Of a DNA stretch of 64,000 nucleotides, positions 24,764-46,122 are shown one piece after another. This DNA is from Paraspadella gotoi (lineage: Eukaryota; Animalia; Chaetognatha). Within the stretch, counting starts at the first letter, position 1; each line of letters starts with the position of its first letter. The DNA lies in contig CM119268.1 of assembly GCA_051294375.1 (NCBI GenBank), positions 12,434,473-12,498,472 on the forward strand, in the 5' to 3' direction. The position numbers and the translations under genes were made by a program. The notes under the pieces are model-generated. The model did not search any database. It saw nothing but the letters and a program-made list of their open reading frames with translations, and was not told the DNA's origin.

Positions 24764-26300
24764 ATGGATTCGAATCACGGACGAAGAAGATGGGACGTAC
24801 AGTCCTCCAACAAACCCGAAGAAAGGTTGAGGGACGACCGTACTACTGACGATTACGACGAGCGGTTAGTTAATAACTTAATAGCTTAACCCAGAAAATA
24901 CGTACATCTTTTTTTTTCTGAAAGGAAAAATGAAAACAACAATTTTACTCATTCTGAAGAATTGGATGTTAAGCAATTGTATGGTCAACATAAAAATTAA
25001 GGAAAAAAATATGGTGGATTTTTTTTTCAGACATCGATACGATCGACCAAGAAATCGATCATCATCGGATCGCAATCGATGGGATCGTCAAGAGAGTGAC
25101 GGACAAAGACGAGAAAGACAAAGAGACAGAAGTCCTAGTTTACGAGACCGAAGTCCGCGGGACAAACGCCGAGATCGCGACAAGGAAAAACAAAATCGTG
25201 ATGAACCTTTCAACGACAGACCCTCGACGGACAATCGTAGAAAAGAAGAAAGGAAGGCCAGTCAAAGTGCTGGTGAGATTTCTTTTAAAAACACCCGATT
25301 TCTGAAGCAAAATAAAATGATCGAAAGTAATGTTAAGATGTAGATCTAATGTAGATAATAAAGATACGAAAATAGGGTTGACAAAATATTAATGTTCAGA
25401 TATGTATTTAAACAAATTTCTGAAGCAGAAAAATCTCAAGTCGCACCACTTCAAGTTAAGATCGACGCAAAGCCAGTGACAACCCCGAACCCAGCGCCCA
25501 TTGCAAGACCCAAAAGCAAATTAGTAGCTCAAGCTTTTGGAGATGACTCCAGCGACGAGGAGGTAGCAAAAAAAAATTAAATACTAACTTTCAATGATAA
25601 TTTCTGTGTGTTTTACTTAACACTAAACAAAATTTTACATTCGAACGGGGCTTTGTCGTCTTTTGAAAAACCTTTTTTTTTTAAATAAAATTTAAAAAAA
25701 TTCTTACCTAACTCTAAACCCTTTTAACCTTAACCATAAACCCCCACTAACCCCGGTCGGCAAAAGTAAAATAAAAAGTAAAAAGGACTGAATAGTAACG
25801 AACGAGGTAAGCACCAACGCTGAAATGATCCCAGACTAGATAAGTCCTTGTGACGAAGTAAAGTCCAAACTCGGATATCACGAGTCTTTGGTTCTAACAT
25901 GCAGAAGGCTTGTCATTCGCCTCTCAACCCAAAGGTCAGGGTTCTAGCTGTTAAGTGGGACGGGGCGCTTAACACGCCTGTTACATGGCGTAACAGCCTG
26001 ATCCGAAGCTTAGGTCAGGCACTGCTTAATTGAACGGTTCTATCACTAACTCGAAGCCCATTTTTCTGTCTTTATACATTTATTTTTAGGAATTCTTTAC
26101 TTCTATTTGATTGACTGTTTTGTCAGGAAATGCCACCCGAGGCGAAAATGAGGATGAGAAATATCGGTCGCGATACTCCTACTTCTGCTGGACCTAATTC
26201 TTACGCAAAAGGAAAATTAGGATTCTGTGACAATAAACGGATAGTAGAAAGACATTTAATGGGCGAAGATATGTTTCGACCTAAAAAACCTTTTAATTAA
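24764..26300 (+). CDS. PCNP: PEST proteolytic signal-containing nuclear protein
   Basis: Exons 24764-24864, 25031-~25272, ~25427-25562 and 26127-26300. The junction reads [12 protein letters not shown]|[35 protein letters not shown], the PCNP signature. Confidence 0.92.
25783..26065. other. Hairpin-dense element in PCNP intron 3 (candidate structured ncRNA or mobile-element remnant)
   Basis: At least seven adjacent inverted-repeat stems in ~270 nt, with higher GC than the flanking intron; family not recognised. Confidence 0.4.
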
Positions 26301-27026
26301 TCATTTCTTTGTCATTGTCTTGTATTTTAATTTAGTATTTTAATCAGAATGAAATTGTGCTTCTCTGTGACTTGACACATACTTTTAAAAATTTAGATCT
26401 AGTAAGTAAAATTGAATTCCTAGATATTTTTCAAGAATGCTCTGCCAAAAACTGGTCATTTGGTCATAATTTAAAGAAGAAAATAAATAGCTTGATATTT
26501 TGTTCTAAGAATTACTTATATTATATATAAATTCTTTGAATTTTATTCATCAAAAAGCAAAATTGTCGCGTTTCTCGTTAGATGTCTCCGAGTTAAGAGT
26601 TGATAAAAACAAAATGGCGATTCCCATGAATCAGTTAGCAGCCTCCTCTCCGATATGAAGATATCCTTTTCTCTATTCTTCCGCATCGTCATTCGTTTTA
26701 CTAATGTTTCTGTATATTATTGTTAATATCTATTTTCATTTCCTTTTTATAAGCTTTTGCTTGTTAGTGAGTTTTTAGCGCAGTTTTCGTTGATGCGACC
26801 GTAAGTGGTTAAAACCATTAGGGAATACATGGTAATGAGCAGGCATGAGTCATAAACTCATGGGCCCACAATGGCTGTCAGCATTCCTTCACGATTTTTT
26901 TTTGCCTTCGATATTTTAATTTGTGCATTTAAACGAGTTTATTGAATTCTTTTGAGCCCGTAGTATCAATATCTCCTGCTCGAGGCATAATTTCTCCTTT
27001 TCCATTGTTCGAAAGCAAAACTCTTA

Positions 27027-28133
27027 ATGATGGATACTCCTCTTTTGTCGCTCGTCCATCGCGTTCAAGACTTGGAAACTTCCTTCAGTCTCGCCCTCAT
27101 CGAGGTCACCCTGCGTCTTTCTTCTTTGACGGACGCCAACGTCTTCCTTTTGGTCGAGACGACGGAGGGTCGTCGATTTTGCGGCAAAGACGCCCTCTGT
27201 CGCGCCTTCGTCGACGGGGCGTTGCGATTTGATCATCGGGATGTCGAGATGAAGATGTCGCCGACGGCTTCGTCCCCGCTTTCCGAGGTTCGGCGCAATG
27301 AGGATTCGATATCGGAAGGATGTCCTATTGCTGATCCCCCTTCGGCCTCGTCGAATCCTTCCTCCGATTTAACAAGAGCGTCTCCCGCGAAGAAGCGGAG
27401 AATTTCTAGGGAGAACCTGGAGTGGACGACGAAGAAAATCGCCGACCAAGATGTGGATGAACCGGAAACTAAACCGGTGGTCTTAGAAGATCGAGACAGT
27501 GACGTCGAGGAAATCCCCTTGTGGGAAACGTCAGGATTTGACCCCGAAAACGGCCTCGCTTCCTTCGACTCTTCCTTCACCGAAAATCTCAACCAACCAC
27601 CGTCCGATCAGGGTCGAAGTCGGCGAAAAAGAAAGGAGCCTCCGGGGATCCGCGACGTCGTCGTCGGGACCTCGTATGATCCCTCTCTCGGAAAATACCC
27701 GACGTTTCCTCAAGAATGCTCTATAGAAAGTTGGAAGCAGAGCGGAGATGTTCGGTCTGGCCAAATACTTCCTGGCGACGATTTCGATCACCTCCGTCTG
27801 CAAGTTCGCGATTATTTAGAGCAGAGTGCCAAAGCGGACGCCGTGCAACGCTGCGACACTGCCGCATTGTTGACCAAAGACTCTGTCGGCTACAAAGTGC
27901 TGCTTTCTTTAATCTACGACGCTGGAAAAACGTTTGGAACGCTCTCTCGATCTACCGACCACGATCATCTCCAATACTTCTACGTTCTTTTCGATGAACT
28001 TTTCAATTTTTTCCCCGAATTCTCTACTGTGGAAAAAGTAAAAATCGCGGACGACGTAAGAAATTTTCGACATTTGCTCCGCCAAAAACTACAAAGAACA
28101 TTCGGCAGGTTTTCGAAGAAGTACAAGAGTTGA
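27027..28133 (+). CDS. Intronless 368-aa orphan protein, probably nuclear, with a partial MADS-box-like N-terminus
   Basis: Long uninterrupted GC-rich ORF in AT-rich flanks; NLS-like PAKKRR and RRKRK; LSSLTDANVFLLVETTEG resembles the second half of the MADS box; helical-looking C-terminal domain. Confidence 0.75.
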   Translation: MMDTPLLSLVHRVQDLETSFSLALIEVTLRLSSLTDANVFLLVETTEGRRFCGKDALCRAFVDGALRFDHRDVEMKMSPTASSPLSEVRRNEDSISEGCPIADPPSASSNPSSDLTRASPAKKRRISRENLEWTTKKIADQDVDEPETKPVVLEDRDSDVEEIPLWETSGFDPENGLASFDSSFTENLNQPPSDQGRSRRKRKEPPGIRDVVVGTSYDPSLGKYPTFPQECSIESWKQSGDVRSGQILPGDDFDHLRLQVRDYLEQSAKADAVQRCDTAALLTKDSVGYKVLLSLIYDAGKTFGTLSRSTDHDHLQYFYVLFDELFNFFPEFSTVEKVKIADDVRNFRHLLRQKLQRTFGRFSKKYKS

Positions 28134-29483
28134 TTTTCTGGTATTTATTGATGTAGTATACCAATTTCTTTTCCATCCCCCAAAAGCCAGTGACCTTTAA
28201 AAAATTTCTTTACAAATTTTATGCGACATTTGTAATTTGGGACGACATTTTAACATCTCAAGAGATTATAGCTGATTTTTTTCCAAAACAGTGGTTTGTT
28301 ATTTTGATCTTTTGGGAGCAAAGTGTGCAATTGATGTATCTTTTGCTTGTTTTACCTGTTATTTACGTTATTTTCGAGGACTAATATCGGATAAGAATAA
28401 CCATTGCGGTCCCAAATTTATCTCATTATACTAAAAGCCAAACATTCCTGACATTTTTATTATGGATTGATCCAATTTTCGCAGCCCTCATCGTTTGAAA
28501 GAACTAATTATTAATTTATTTTAGAAACAGTTCGGAGTTTTAAATTTAAAATTTTTTTTTTTTTAGTTGGATTCGTCCCGCCCAAGTAGGGTTTTATTTC
28601 TTTCTGGTCTCCCTCAAAACAGATTTTCTTTTTCTTAGCTTCGTTTTGATTGAGTTAATTGAGTTAGGCCCCAAATATACGAGTGTTTCTGAATTTTAGT
28701 AGGTTACACGGCGTTTCTCCCTTTTATTTCATTCTTTATTCAATGAAATTCCCATCCATGAAAAGATTTTCCCCCACGAGGTCGTATTTCTTTCTATGAT
28801 TGTTTTCATCCCTTTGTGGGTTAAACCGATTCAACCCCTCCGGTGGGATATTCGGAGGGATTTTCTTAGCCGAAAAGACGAAGAGCCGAAAGAAGTAAAA
28901 AATGTTTTGTTTTCAAAAAAATCGTAGGAGAGAGTAAATAACTAAAGCTCTCTCGATCTCCTTTCCCTCGGCCATGAAAACCCGAAACGTCTCTCCGCAT
29001 TAGTCGATGATTGAGGCAAATTGAAAAATTGTTTTCAATGGGAAATGTAGTAAATTCCGTCATAATCTTCGTTTAAATTGAATAAATGTTTCGGAACGTG
29101 TCCATTGGATAATAGGCTTATCCGGGGCGGGCGGTTTTTTCCTTCTGAAAATTACGGAAAGTGATTTAAGCTTTAATATTTCGTGCCATTTATGTTTTGA
29201 AGGACCCTTTGGCTTTTCCCAAAGAAAGTTATTAAAAATGTCTCGATCTACACTGTCAAAAGAAACTAATCCAATCGGTCTTGCGAGTTAAACAAAAACA
29301 AACAAAACGCTGGTGAGAAGACAAACGTTTGGTCTCAGCCGAACTCGAAGACTCGTGCCGTCGCCCCGACGAAATGTGAATCCGTCAATTGTCGCGCGGG
29401 ATTATTTTTTCCCAGACTCGCCGCCGCACTCATGGATTCAAATTCTTTGTCGACCTCCTCTTGATCCACCGAGCGGACGATAA

Positions 29484-37551
<8,068 letters not shown>

Positions 37552-40500
37552 TATTGGCGAAGAAAAAGTCCTTCGCGTATAAAAAAAAAAAAAAAAACTG
37601 AGGAAGAGAAAGATGTTAGTTTTTCTTTAGAAGATTATATTTTCTAGATTTTCCGAGTTGCCGTGCCGCCCATTAACCCTATACTCCGATTATATTTAAA
37701 CGTCCAAACCCCGAAGATTAGAGATAGTGATAGATATATATATTATATATATACATATATATATATATATTTACGAATATCCCCGTCCTTAAGACAAAAA
37801 CAGTCGCCTGTGAACTAATCGACGCTTGAAAATCGCATTCTCGGAATTGTTTGCTCAGCGCTCGCGTTTCCTCTTACTCAAGTACTTCCTAGTACGTCAC
37901 TACGCCCCGCCACCCTTAATTATTTTTCCTTTTTTTTTAGTCCCTTCGCCACGCCCTCCCTCCTAAAATTTATTTTTCGCTTAATAATTATATTAATGTC
38001 CGCGTTTTTCACCCCGGCTTAAGATGAGGGACGCGGAACGATTAGGAGATTTTTTGTGGCCTTGCAGATGAAGTCCATTTCGAACGTGTACATTTTTATA
38101 CATATACTTTTTAACTAGGTGAATAGGATTACTTCGCTGACCATTAACTTGTTGGAAACTATATACGACATTATTTATATACAAATTTGCTTCGATTGCT
38201 GAGTAGCTAGTTAAAATAGAAAATAGATTGTTGATATTTAAGTTTTCTCTAACTTAACATCCCCTTAGGGCGTCTTTGTCGATTAAGTTTTTAAAACGTA
38301 TTTGTTAAATATTTAAGTGATGCTATACATTATTAACAGCAGTTTGGATGACAGCCGTTCGCTCCAACCCTTTTTATATTATTATATTAAATCGAGCTTT
38401 TTTGTATATCGGCCAATATACGGCATGTACCTTTTTTGGTTTCCGCCTGGTGAATATACTTAATAGAAATTAATAAGCTATTTCTTGAACCAGCAGATAA
38501 GGAAATTTACATTTCAGTGATCCTTTATAAAGCTCCTGATTTCGATTGTTCTGTTAAAAATTCAACTTACTTAATAAACCGCAAAATAGTTTATAAAAGC
38601 TATGCAGCTATAAATCATTTTCTGATCAAATCAAGATTTGATGTGATACTTTAACATTAATTGAGATAATTCATTATTCAGGCAGAAAAGTTTGATAGCT
38701 TGAATAACTGTTTCTTGACTTTATTAGCGTTTTCTTTACTCAAAAATTATTTTCTGTCAGTCGCTGAAATTATTAAAATATTTAACATAATGCAAATATT
38801 CTTATTATTAACTTATTATATTTTACAAAATATTGCTGTACTTAGGGCTCTTACTTAGTTTAAAAGAATCTCTACAAAAACCTAATATGTTGAATCTCTG
38901 TTATTTCCGTACCATTTATAATTGTAGTTATCAAACTGAAAATTATTATATCATAGTTTAAATTTTTGAAAATAAATGTATTATCTATAAGACTATCCAT
39001 TTATCTACGTATCCAGTTATAATTGGAGTTATTAATAATTTAAAGCCCTAAGAGTAAAAATTGTTGGTTCCTCTTTAGTTGAAAATTTGAGAAATTATTT
39101 AAGATGTGTTATTTCGTGCAAAAATAAATTTGCAATGCTTAATCTAACATAGTTCATTATGATACTGCCGTGAATATATTTCGATTCCATAACAGCCGAT
39201 TATGCGTCCAATCTGTAGTTTTTATAAATACTCATTCTTTTGGTTTTTAGCAGTACGTTATGAATTTTTAAGTATGGCAAAACATTGGCTTAGTCCACTG
39301 CCCTGACGTACATACTTTTTTTGGAATTTAAATATAAATTTTGAATGACCGTTTTAATTTGCATAATCGCAGTATTATTTATTACATTTTAATATAATTT
39401 AGAATTGTCGACTTTCGAATGTGCTTCTTTAGACTTCGAGTCTAGCCTAGGAAAGAGCTTTTTGAAAATATGAAGTTAGTTGATCCTCTAAATGTTCAAT
39501 GACTGAACAATTTGTTGTTGACGATCTTTCTGTCAATTACTTTGCATTTTTGAACCTTAGATTTAATGGTAGGCTTGAATACAACAACTGTCTCTGACGG
39601 GGATTAAACCCTTAACCGTTTGGTTCAGACCAGTATCAACGGCGGAACAAATTGCTGGCGCTAACAATGATTGCCTCGTGCCTACGAGTAATGTATGTAC
39701 GCCATTCTTTCTAACCTCATAACCGATAAATATTTAAAAACTTGTTTTCTAAATCTAAGTTATTTATCTTGTTTCATTTTCCTGTGACATTCAAATATAA
39801 GTTAGAGAATGTCGTCGAGTTGAGGAATGGGGAAATCCTCATTCCTCAATCGGATACGTTCTGACTTGACTCTCCTCCCCCCTTTCCGCGCGAACGGATC
39901 TTCCCGAAAATATTGAGGCCTGAAAAAAAGTGACAAACTTTCCATCCCCGCCTCTAAACGGGCAGCAACAAAAAAAAAAGTTGATGGCGACGTCAATAAG
40001 GTAGAAATCCTAACAATGGGAAAAACGTTAATCGTTTTTGTTCTGAAAATGCATTTTGTTTTTAACTGAGCAAGGAGTACTTGATTTGACTAATCCTTGA
40101 CACTGAATCAATGACGAGCATGCGCTTACATTACCTTATAAAAACTCGGAAATGTCGCGATTGCGCCGTGTATTGGTCAGGTGGTCAGATCTGAGTGCTT
40201 AAGCTAAAGAATAACAGGCTAAATTTTACTTTCGCCGACCGCGGTTTTGGCGGTTTTTAAAAAAATTATTTAAAAATATTTTTTTTTTTAATATTATTTA
40301 ATTACCTTAATCCTAAACCATTTTAACCCTAATTACCCCTAATTATTTTTAACTTTAAACCATTCTTAAACTATTTTTAACCCTAACCCTTCCCTAACCC
40401 TGGTCAGCGAAAGTAAAAGTAACCCGAATAACCCTCGCGACCACAAAGGCGACGTCGACAGTTTCGATGACGAGGCAGACTCGATGCCTTGTCGCCGACG

Positions 40501-42203
40501 TTCGGAAAAAAAATATCCGTATTGCCTTCTTTGCTCGACTTTCGATGTTAGTCTGTCAGCAAAATATATATTATAAATATATATATATATATATATAATT
40601 CGAGAATGGTTGTTAATGTTGTACTTAAAATACGAATACTGGCAGCCTAATATTTTAAGTATTTTAAGTACAACATTAACATCCATTCTCGCACTGACAG
40701 AATTTCTCTTTATTTCTCGCTCGCCACTAATCCGGTACTCGGGGTTTTTTCTTACGGTGCCAACATCCGGCTCCCTCATGGTGTTTCCCGGCGCCATCAT
40801 CCGGTCTTTTTCTCCGAAGGATTGCGAGCCAAATTAGGGTCGAAGGTCCGGATTAGCGTCGGGCGGGATAGGTGGACTCTTGGCCCCGAGTAAGTCACTC
40901 GTCAGGAGACTGGCCCATCAATTGGCGTTCCCCTTTGATCCCGTGCGTGTTTACTATAAAGAAATAACCCAAGAAATGCCAGGAATGTTGTCGGTTGGGG
41001 CAGAACATGGTACAACAGCTTCAAAGGACGATAGATTTTTACGATGTTGGAAATAATGATAGACGTTTGGGAAAAACGATGAGTGCAAATGAAATTCCAA
41101 ACTTCTTACTTTCCCACTTGTTTCTTTTTTTTTTCCCTCTGATGGATATTTTGCGATTTAGCCAGGTCGATTTCAAACCCTTTGTTTCACCTTCATGACC
41201 ATGTGATTCCATAAGGAGGGTGTTCATTATAACCGTTACAACTTGTTGTTACTTGTTACAAGTTATTCATTTCTTCGTTTTCAGAAGAATTAAGCGTCAT
41301 TCCCATCCCAAACGCCGTCGGTCAGTATCTTCACCCTCGATTATTATAATTATTGTTTACTATTCTTGATTCATGACTTCATTGTCTATGACTTTTCATA
41401 TTTTGATTGATTTGATTTGAATTTTTTACTTTTGCCATCACGATTTTTAAATCATTTGATTATATACTTTTTAGTATTTTCATCGTCGTTGTTATCACCT
41501 TCCCTCTACTCTCCATTTTCTTTCATATTGTTGTCGGCCTTTTCCTCGTCATTGTCGTAGTCGCTTTATATCCGTTATTTCGCCGTCGTATTCGTTCATC
41601 GTTTTCGTCGTCGTCGTCGTCGTCAAAACATCTCCATTTTTTTTTCTCCTTTCGACGATTGTGTCGCTTTTTTGCCTTTTTCCGCCTCTCGTCTCCTTCG
41701 GCCTTTTCATCTTTCCTTTTTCCACTTTTTGCACCTTTTTTGTGCCGAGTTTCGGTGCTCCCCCCCCAGACCTCCCACCCTAAAACATTCTTTTTCAGTT
41801 TACATCCTCGCCTTTTTTACCATATATAACGCCTCTTCACATATATAAATATAAGCTGTCACAGATTCTGTTTTAAATCATTCTCTCAGCGTCCCCCATC
41901 TCTTGAACATAGCCGACAATTTTTTTATCCTTTTTTAAAAACCAACTTCACAAATTCTTCTTCTCTCTCTCTCTTTTCTCTTTCCTTTCTTCCTCCCTGT
42001 CGCTCGATCTTTCCTTTCCCTCCCCATCTCCTTTTGTTCCCCTTCTTAATGGTCGGAGGGAGAAACGATTTTGCGGCACGAAACATGATAAAAAACCAGA
42101 TACGCAAAAAAACGAAAAAGAATAAATGTGTGGCTTTTGTGGTTGACAGGGGTCGGAGGTGGTTACGGCTTGTTGGTGGCTCCTTGTCGAGCTAGTAGAA
42201 CGT

Positions 42204-43379
42204 CCACTTCATTGATAGGGAAGCCAGGTACTCTGGGAGTGAATTAAACAGACTGTGAGAGATCTTAGATTGAAAGCTTGCAGGGACCTGCTATGCATTA
42301 TCTTGTAAGAGTGATGGAGGCCTTAAACCAAAAGCTGTCCAAAGTCCGGGGCAAGATAGCTTATTTTTATAAATAAATGGATAATTTTTATATTGGTTGT
42401 ACCAATTTCATAAAATTCAGCTCCTTGTATTTTGATGCTAGTGCGGAGTACAATAAGTATTCCCCGATCTAATACTTAAGGGAGTGGTCTTTTTCAATAC
42501 AATTGAAACATTCTTTGTAAATATTTTCCACTTCATTGATAGGGAAGCCAGGTATCTGGGAGTGGAATAAACAAGACTGTGAGAGAGTCTTGATTGAAAG
42601 CTTGCAGGGACCTGCTATGTCATTATCTTGTAAGAGTGATGGAGGCCTTAACCACCAAAGCCTGTCCAAAGTCAGGGGCAAGATAGCTTATTTATTAAAT
42701 AATGGATAATTTTTATATTGGTTGTACCATTTCATAAATTCAGCTCCTTGTATTTTGATCTAGTGCGGAGTACAATAAGTATTCCCCGATCTATAACTTA
42801 AGGGAGTGGTCTTTTCATACATTGAAACATTCTTTGAAATATTTTCCACTTCATTGATAGGGAAGCCAGGTACTCTGGGAGTGAATAAACAGACTTGAGA
42901 GAAGTCTTGATTGAAAGCTTGCAGGGACCTGCTATGTCATTATCTTGTAAGAGTGATGGAGGCTTAAACCACCAAGCCTGTCAAAGTCAGGGGCAAGATA
43001 GCTTATTTATTAAATAAATGGATAATTTTTATATTGGTTGTACCAATTTCATAAAATTCAGCTCCTTGGTATTTTGATTGCTAGTGCGGAGTACAATAAG
43101 TATTTCCCCGATCTAATACTTAAGGGAGTGGTCTTTTCATACAATTGAAACATTCTTTGAAATATTTTCACTTCATTGATAGGGAAGCCAGGTATCCTGG
43201 GAGTGAAATAACAGACGTGTGAGAGAAGTCTTGATTGAAAGCTTGCAGGGACGCTGCTATGTTATTATCTTGTACCAGGAGTGATGGAGGCCTTTAACAC
43301 CAAGCTGTCCAAGCAGGGAGCAAGATAGCTTATTTATTAAATAATGATAATTTTTATAATTGGTTGTACCAATTTCATA
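42204..43379 (+). repeat. Tandem array of ~3.6 copies of a ~320-bp unit
   Basis: The unit start CACTTCATTGATAGGGAAGCCAGG recurs near 42204, 42528, 42846 and 43169. Confidence 0.95.
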
Positions 43380-45096
43380 GAAGAATAGGATATTGGATGT
43401 TCTTTTTTTTTAGTGTTTGGTATCAAAGGTGTCTCCGCTTGACCAATAAAGGCGGATAAGAAGATGAGACGAAGCGTTTGCGGTTTCTCGTTGGTGAGGA
43501 CGAAGGAGTGAGAATGAATTTCGGGGACGATGATAGGGTGGAGAAGCGGAGGCGGAGGTAAGTTTACGATTCCTTGAACGACGGCGAAGGTGAAAACGAG
43601 GCGTAGGAAGAAGAGGAGGAAGAGGCGGAGGAGAAAGGTGAAGGGTGAAGAGCGAGCGATTGCGAAAAACGGCGAAAAGGAATTCTTAATCAGTTTGAGT
43701 GTTGCAGAAATAAAATCGAGGAAAAAAATAAAATGAAAATAATAAATAATAGGAAATAAGTAAAAATTAAAATGTAAGTAATTCAAAATAAATTAAAAAA
43801 AAACCAGCTAAAGTAGGTCATAAAGAAAAAAAATAAATAAAAAAGAGAAATAATGGGGAGGGGGAGAAAAGAAGAATTTCGATGACGTGTTTAGTTCATA
43901 TCATTGGCCACTAGTCAACATTCAATGATATATGTTTATATGAAGGTCCTTAATATAAGCGAGTGAAGGAGTTTGCTTCAGAGAAATTTTTTTTCATTCA
44001 ATTGAAATAAATTATCAGATGATGACGAAAGGAATTCCTTTCGTCGAAAAGTGAATTGTTGTAACAAAAAAAAAAAAAAAAAATTCAACCTGTTTGTATG
44101 TATGTATAAAGCCGAGATTGAAGTAAAAACGTGTTGTGGAGTTTTAAATAATTAAAAATTTCCATAGGGAAGTGGTCACTGGTCAGTCGAAAAATCTCAC
44201 CCCCCCCCGAATATTTCATGAACAAAACCTCATGGTGTTGAATTTTCATGGGTTCCCCCCCCCCTTTTTCTTTATCGCGGCTCGAGTCTTGAGGCGGCAG
44301 GCAGCGTATGACGAATGTTTCCATGAGGATTTTGGATTTTTTTCCGTCAGAAAACAAGATTCCAGGGAATCGATAGTCCGTTCTCTCTCTCCTCCTCTCT
44401 TCTCTCTCTCTCTCTCTTTTCTTCTTCTCCTCTCTTCTCTCTTCTCTCTCTCTCTCTTTCTCTCTCTCTCTGTTTTGTGTCTTCCACTCTCTCTATCTTT
44501 CCTTTCATTGTCTCGTATCTCCACTCTCTCCTCTTCTATCTTTTACATTCTCTCTCTCTCTATCTCTCTTTCTCTCTCTCTCTCAGCTCTTTCTCTCTCT
44601 CTCTCTCTCTGTGTCTTCCTCTCTTTCTATCCTTTCCTTTTATTTTCTAGTATCCTCCACTATCTCTCTCTTTTGCACTCTCTCTTTTAATATCTTATTA
44701 TCATCATCATCATCTCTCTTTTTGTACTATTTTTCATACCATTCTATTACTTGTATATTTTTCTGTTCTTCTCATTTTACTTTCATTCTTTTCAAATAAA
44801 GTTCAACCGAAACGCATTAAACGTTCTAAGTACGAGATTAAACAGAAAGTACCAACTCATAAGTATCATTTTCACTCCTGAATTTGCCATCTCAAAATAG
44901 ACTCCGCCACCGCCATCTCCGTCCTTTCTCTGCCCAAGCTCTTTAGGGACAGAGGCTCTCAATGTCTGATGTTTTATTTATCGAATCATTTATCATTTCT
45001 TCCATTTTCTGTTGTTTTCTGCCTCACGGATCTGTTTTTTATACCATTACTACGGTATTCTTTATCAATTTTCTTGACCTAGTTTTTTTCGTCAGT

Positions 45097-45240
<144 letters not shown>

Positions 45241-45510
45241 CTCACCTCAAAACGATTTCCCATTCAGTTCGGTTCTTACCATTTCTAAAACTCCATCTGC
45301 AATTACCACCGTTTACGGAAGGCGGTCCAGGGTTAGTCGTTGACGTTAAAAACTTCCAGAAACAAATGGCAAACCGGTATATCTTTCTTCATTACTATTT
45401 TAATCCCTTTCCTTTCCTTCCAGATGTTTAGAATTAGGTTTAAAATTCGACACCATTATGGAATAGACGGATGAGGGATACTGAATGAGGAAGGTGGGTA
45501 AATTGGTTAA

Positions 45511-46122
45511 TAAGGCGTAGTGAAAGTTACATACGAAAATTCTAAAAGTCAATTATGAACAACATACCATCAGTGAACATTAATTTGTAAAAAAAATTAA
45601 TTTTATGTTTTTTAATTTTCGCAGTAGGCTATATTTATATATAGTACTAACCTTATAAAATCGAAAAATTTCAAAATAGGCTTTTCTTAATTTTGATTGC
45701 AGATTTGAATTCCTCGTAAAAAGTTGATAAAAGAAAATATAAGTCATTTTTAAAAATTCTTTCATTAAGTGGGTTAAAAATTAAAAAAACTATATTTAAT
45801 ATGGAAAAAGTAAATTTTCAGCTTAAAATATAGCTTTTTCTCATTTTTGAACCACTTAATGAAGGAATTTTTCAAAAAGAGTTATATTTCTTTCTGTCAA
45901 CTTTTTATGACGAATCCAAATCTGCAAAAAAATCTTACAAAAAACTGTTTTGAAATTTTAACATTTATTGGTTTAGTACTAGTATAAATATGGCCTACTG
46001 CGTAAATTGTAAAATTTATTATAAATTTTTTTATTACATAAATGTTCATTAATATAATGTTGTTCGTTCTTCACTTTTAGAATTTTAATCAAAGTTAAAT
46101 TTAGAAAATTTACTACGCCTTA
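45511..46122. mobile_element. hAT-type MITE, copy 2
   Basis: TAAGGCGTAGT...ACTACGCCTTA with 8-bp TSD TTGGTTAA (45503-45510, 46123-46130). Confidence 0.92.

Noticed and set aside
25818-25849. U3 snoRNA 5' end (GGGATCATTTC on minus)
   Set aside because: No boxes C', B, C or D follow downstream; the match is only ~11 nt.
26820-26888. Small hairpin CATGAGT-CATAA-ACTCATG as a SECIS or ribozyme
   Set aside because: It lacks the GA quartet and catalytic motifs; a 7-bp stem can arise by chance.
39800-41330. GC-rich patches that might be exons (also 43430-43680)
   Set aside because: No consistent strand, frame or splice-phase model could be built.
42204-43379. Retrozyme-type array (tandem ~300-bp units with a hammerhead)
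   Set aside because: No CTGANGA...GAAA core was found by eye on either strand.
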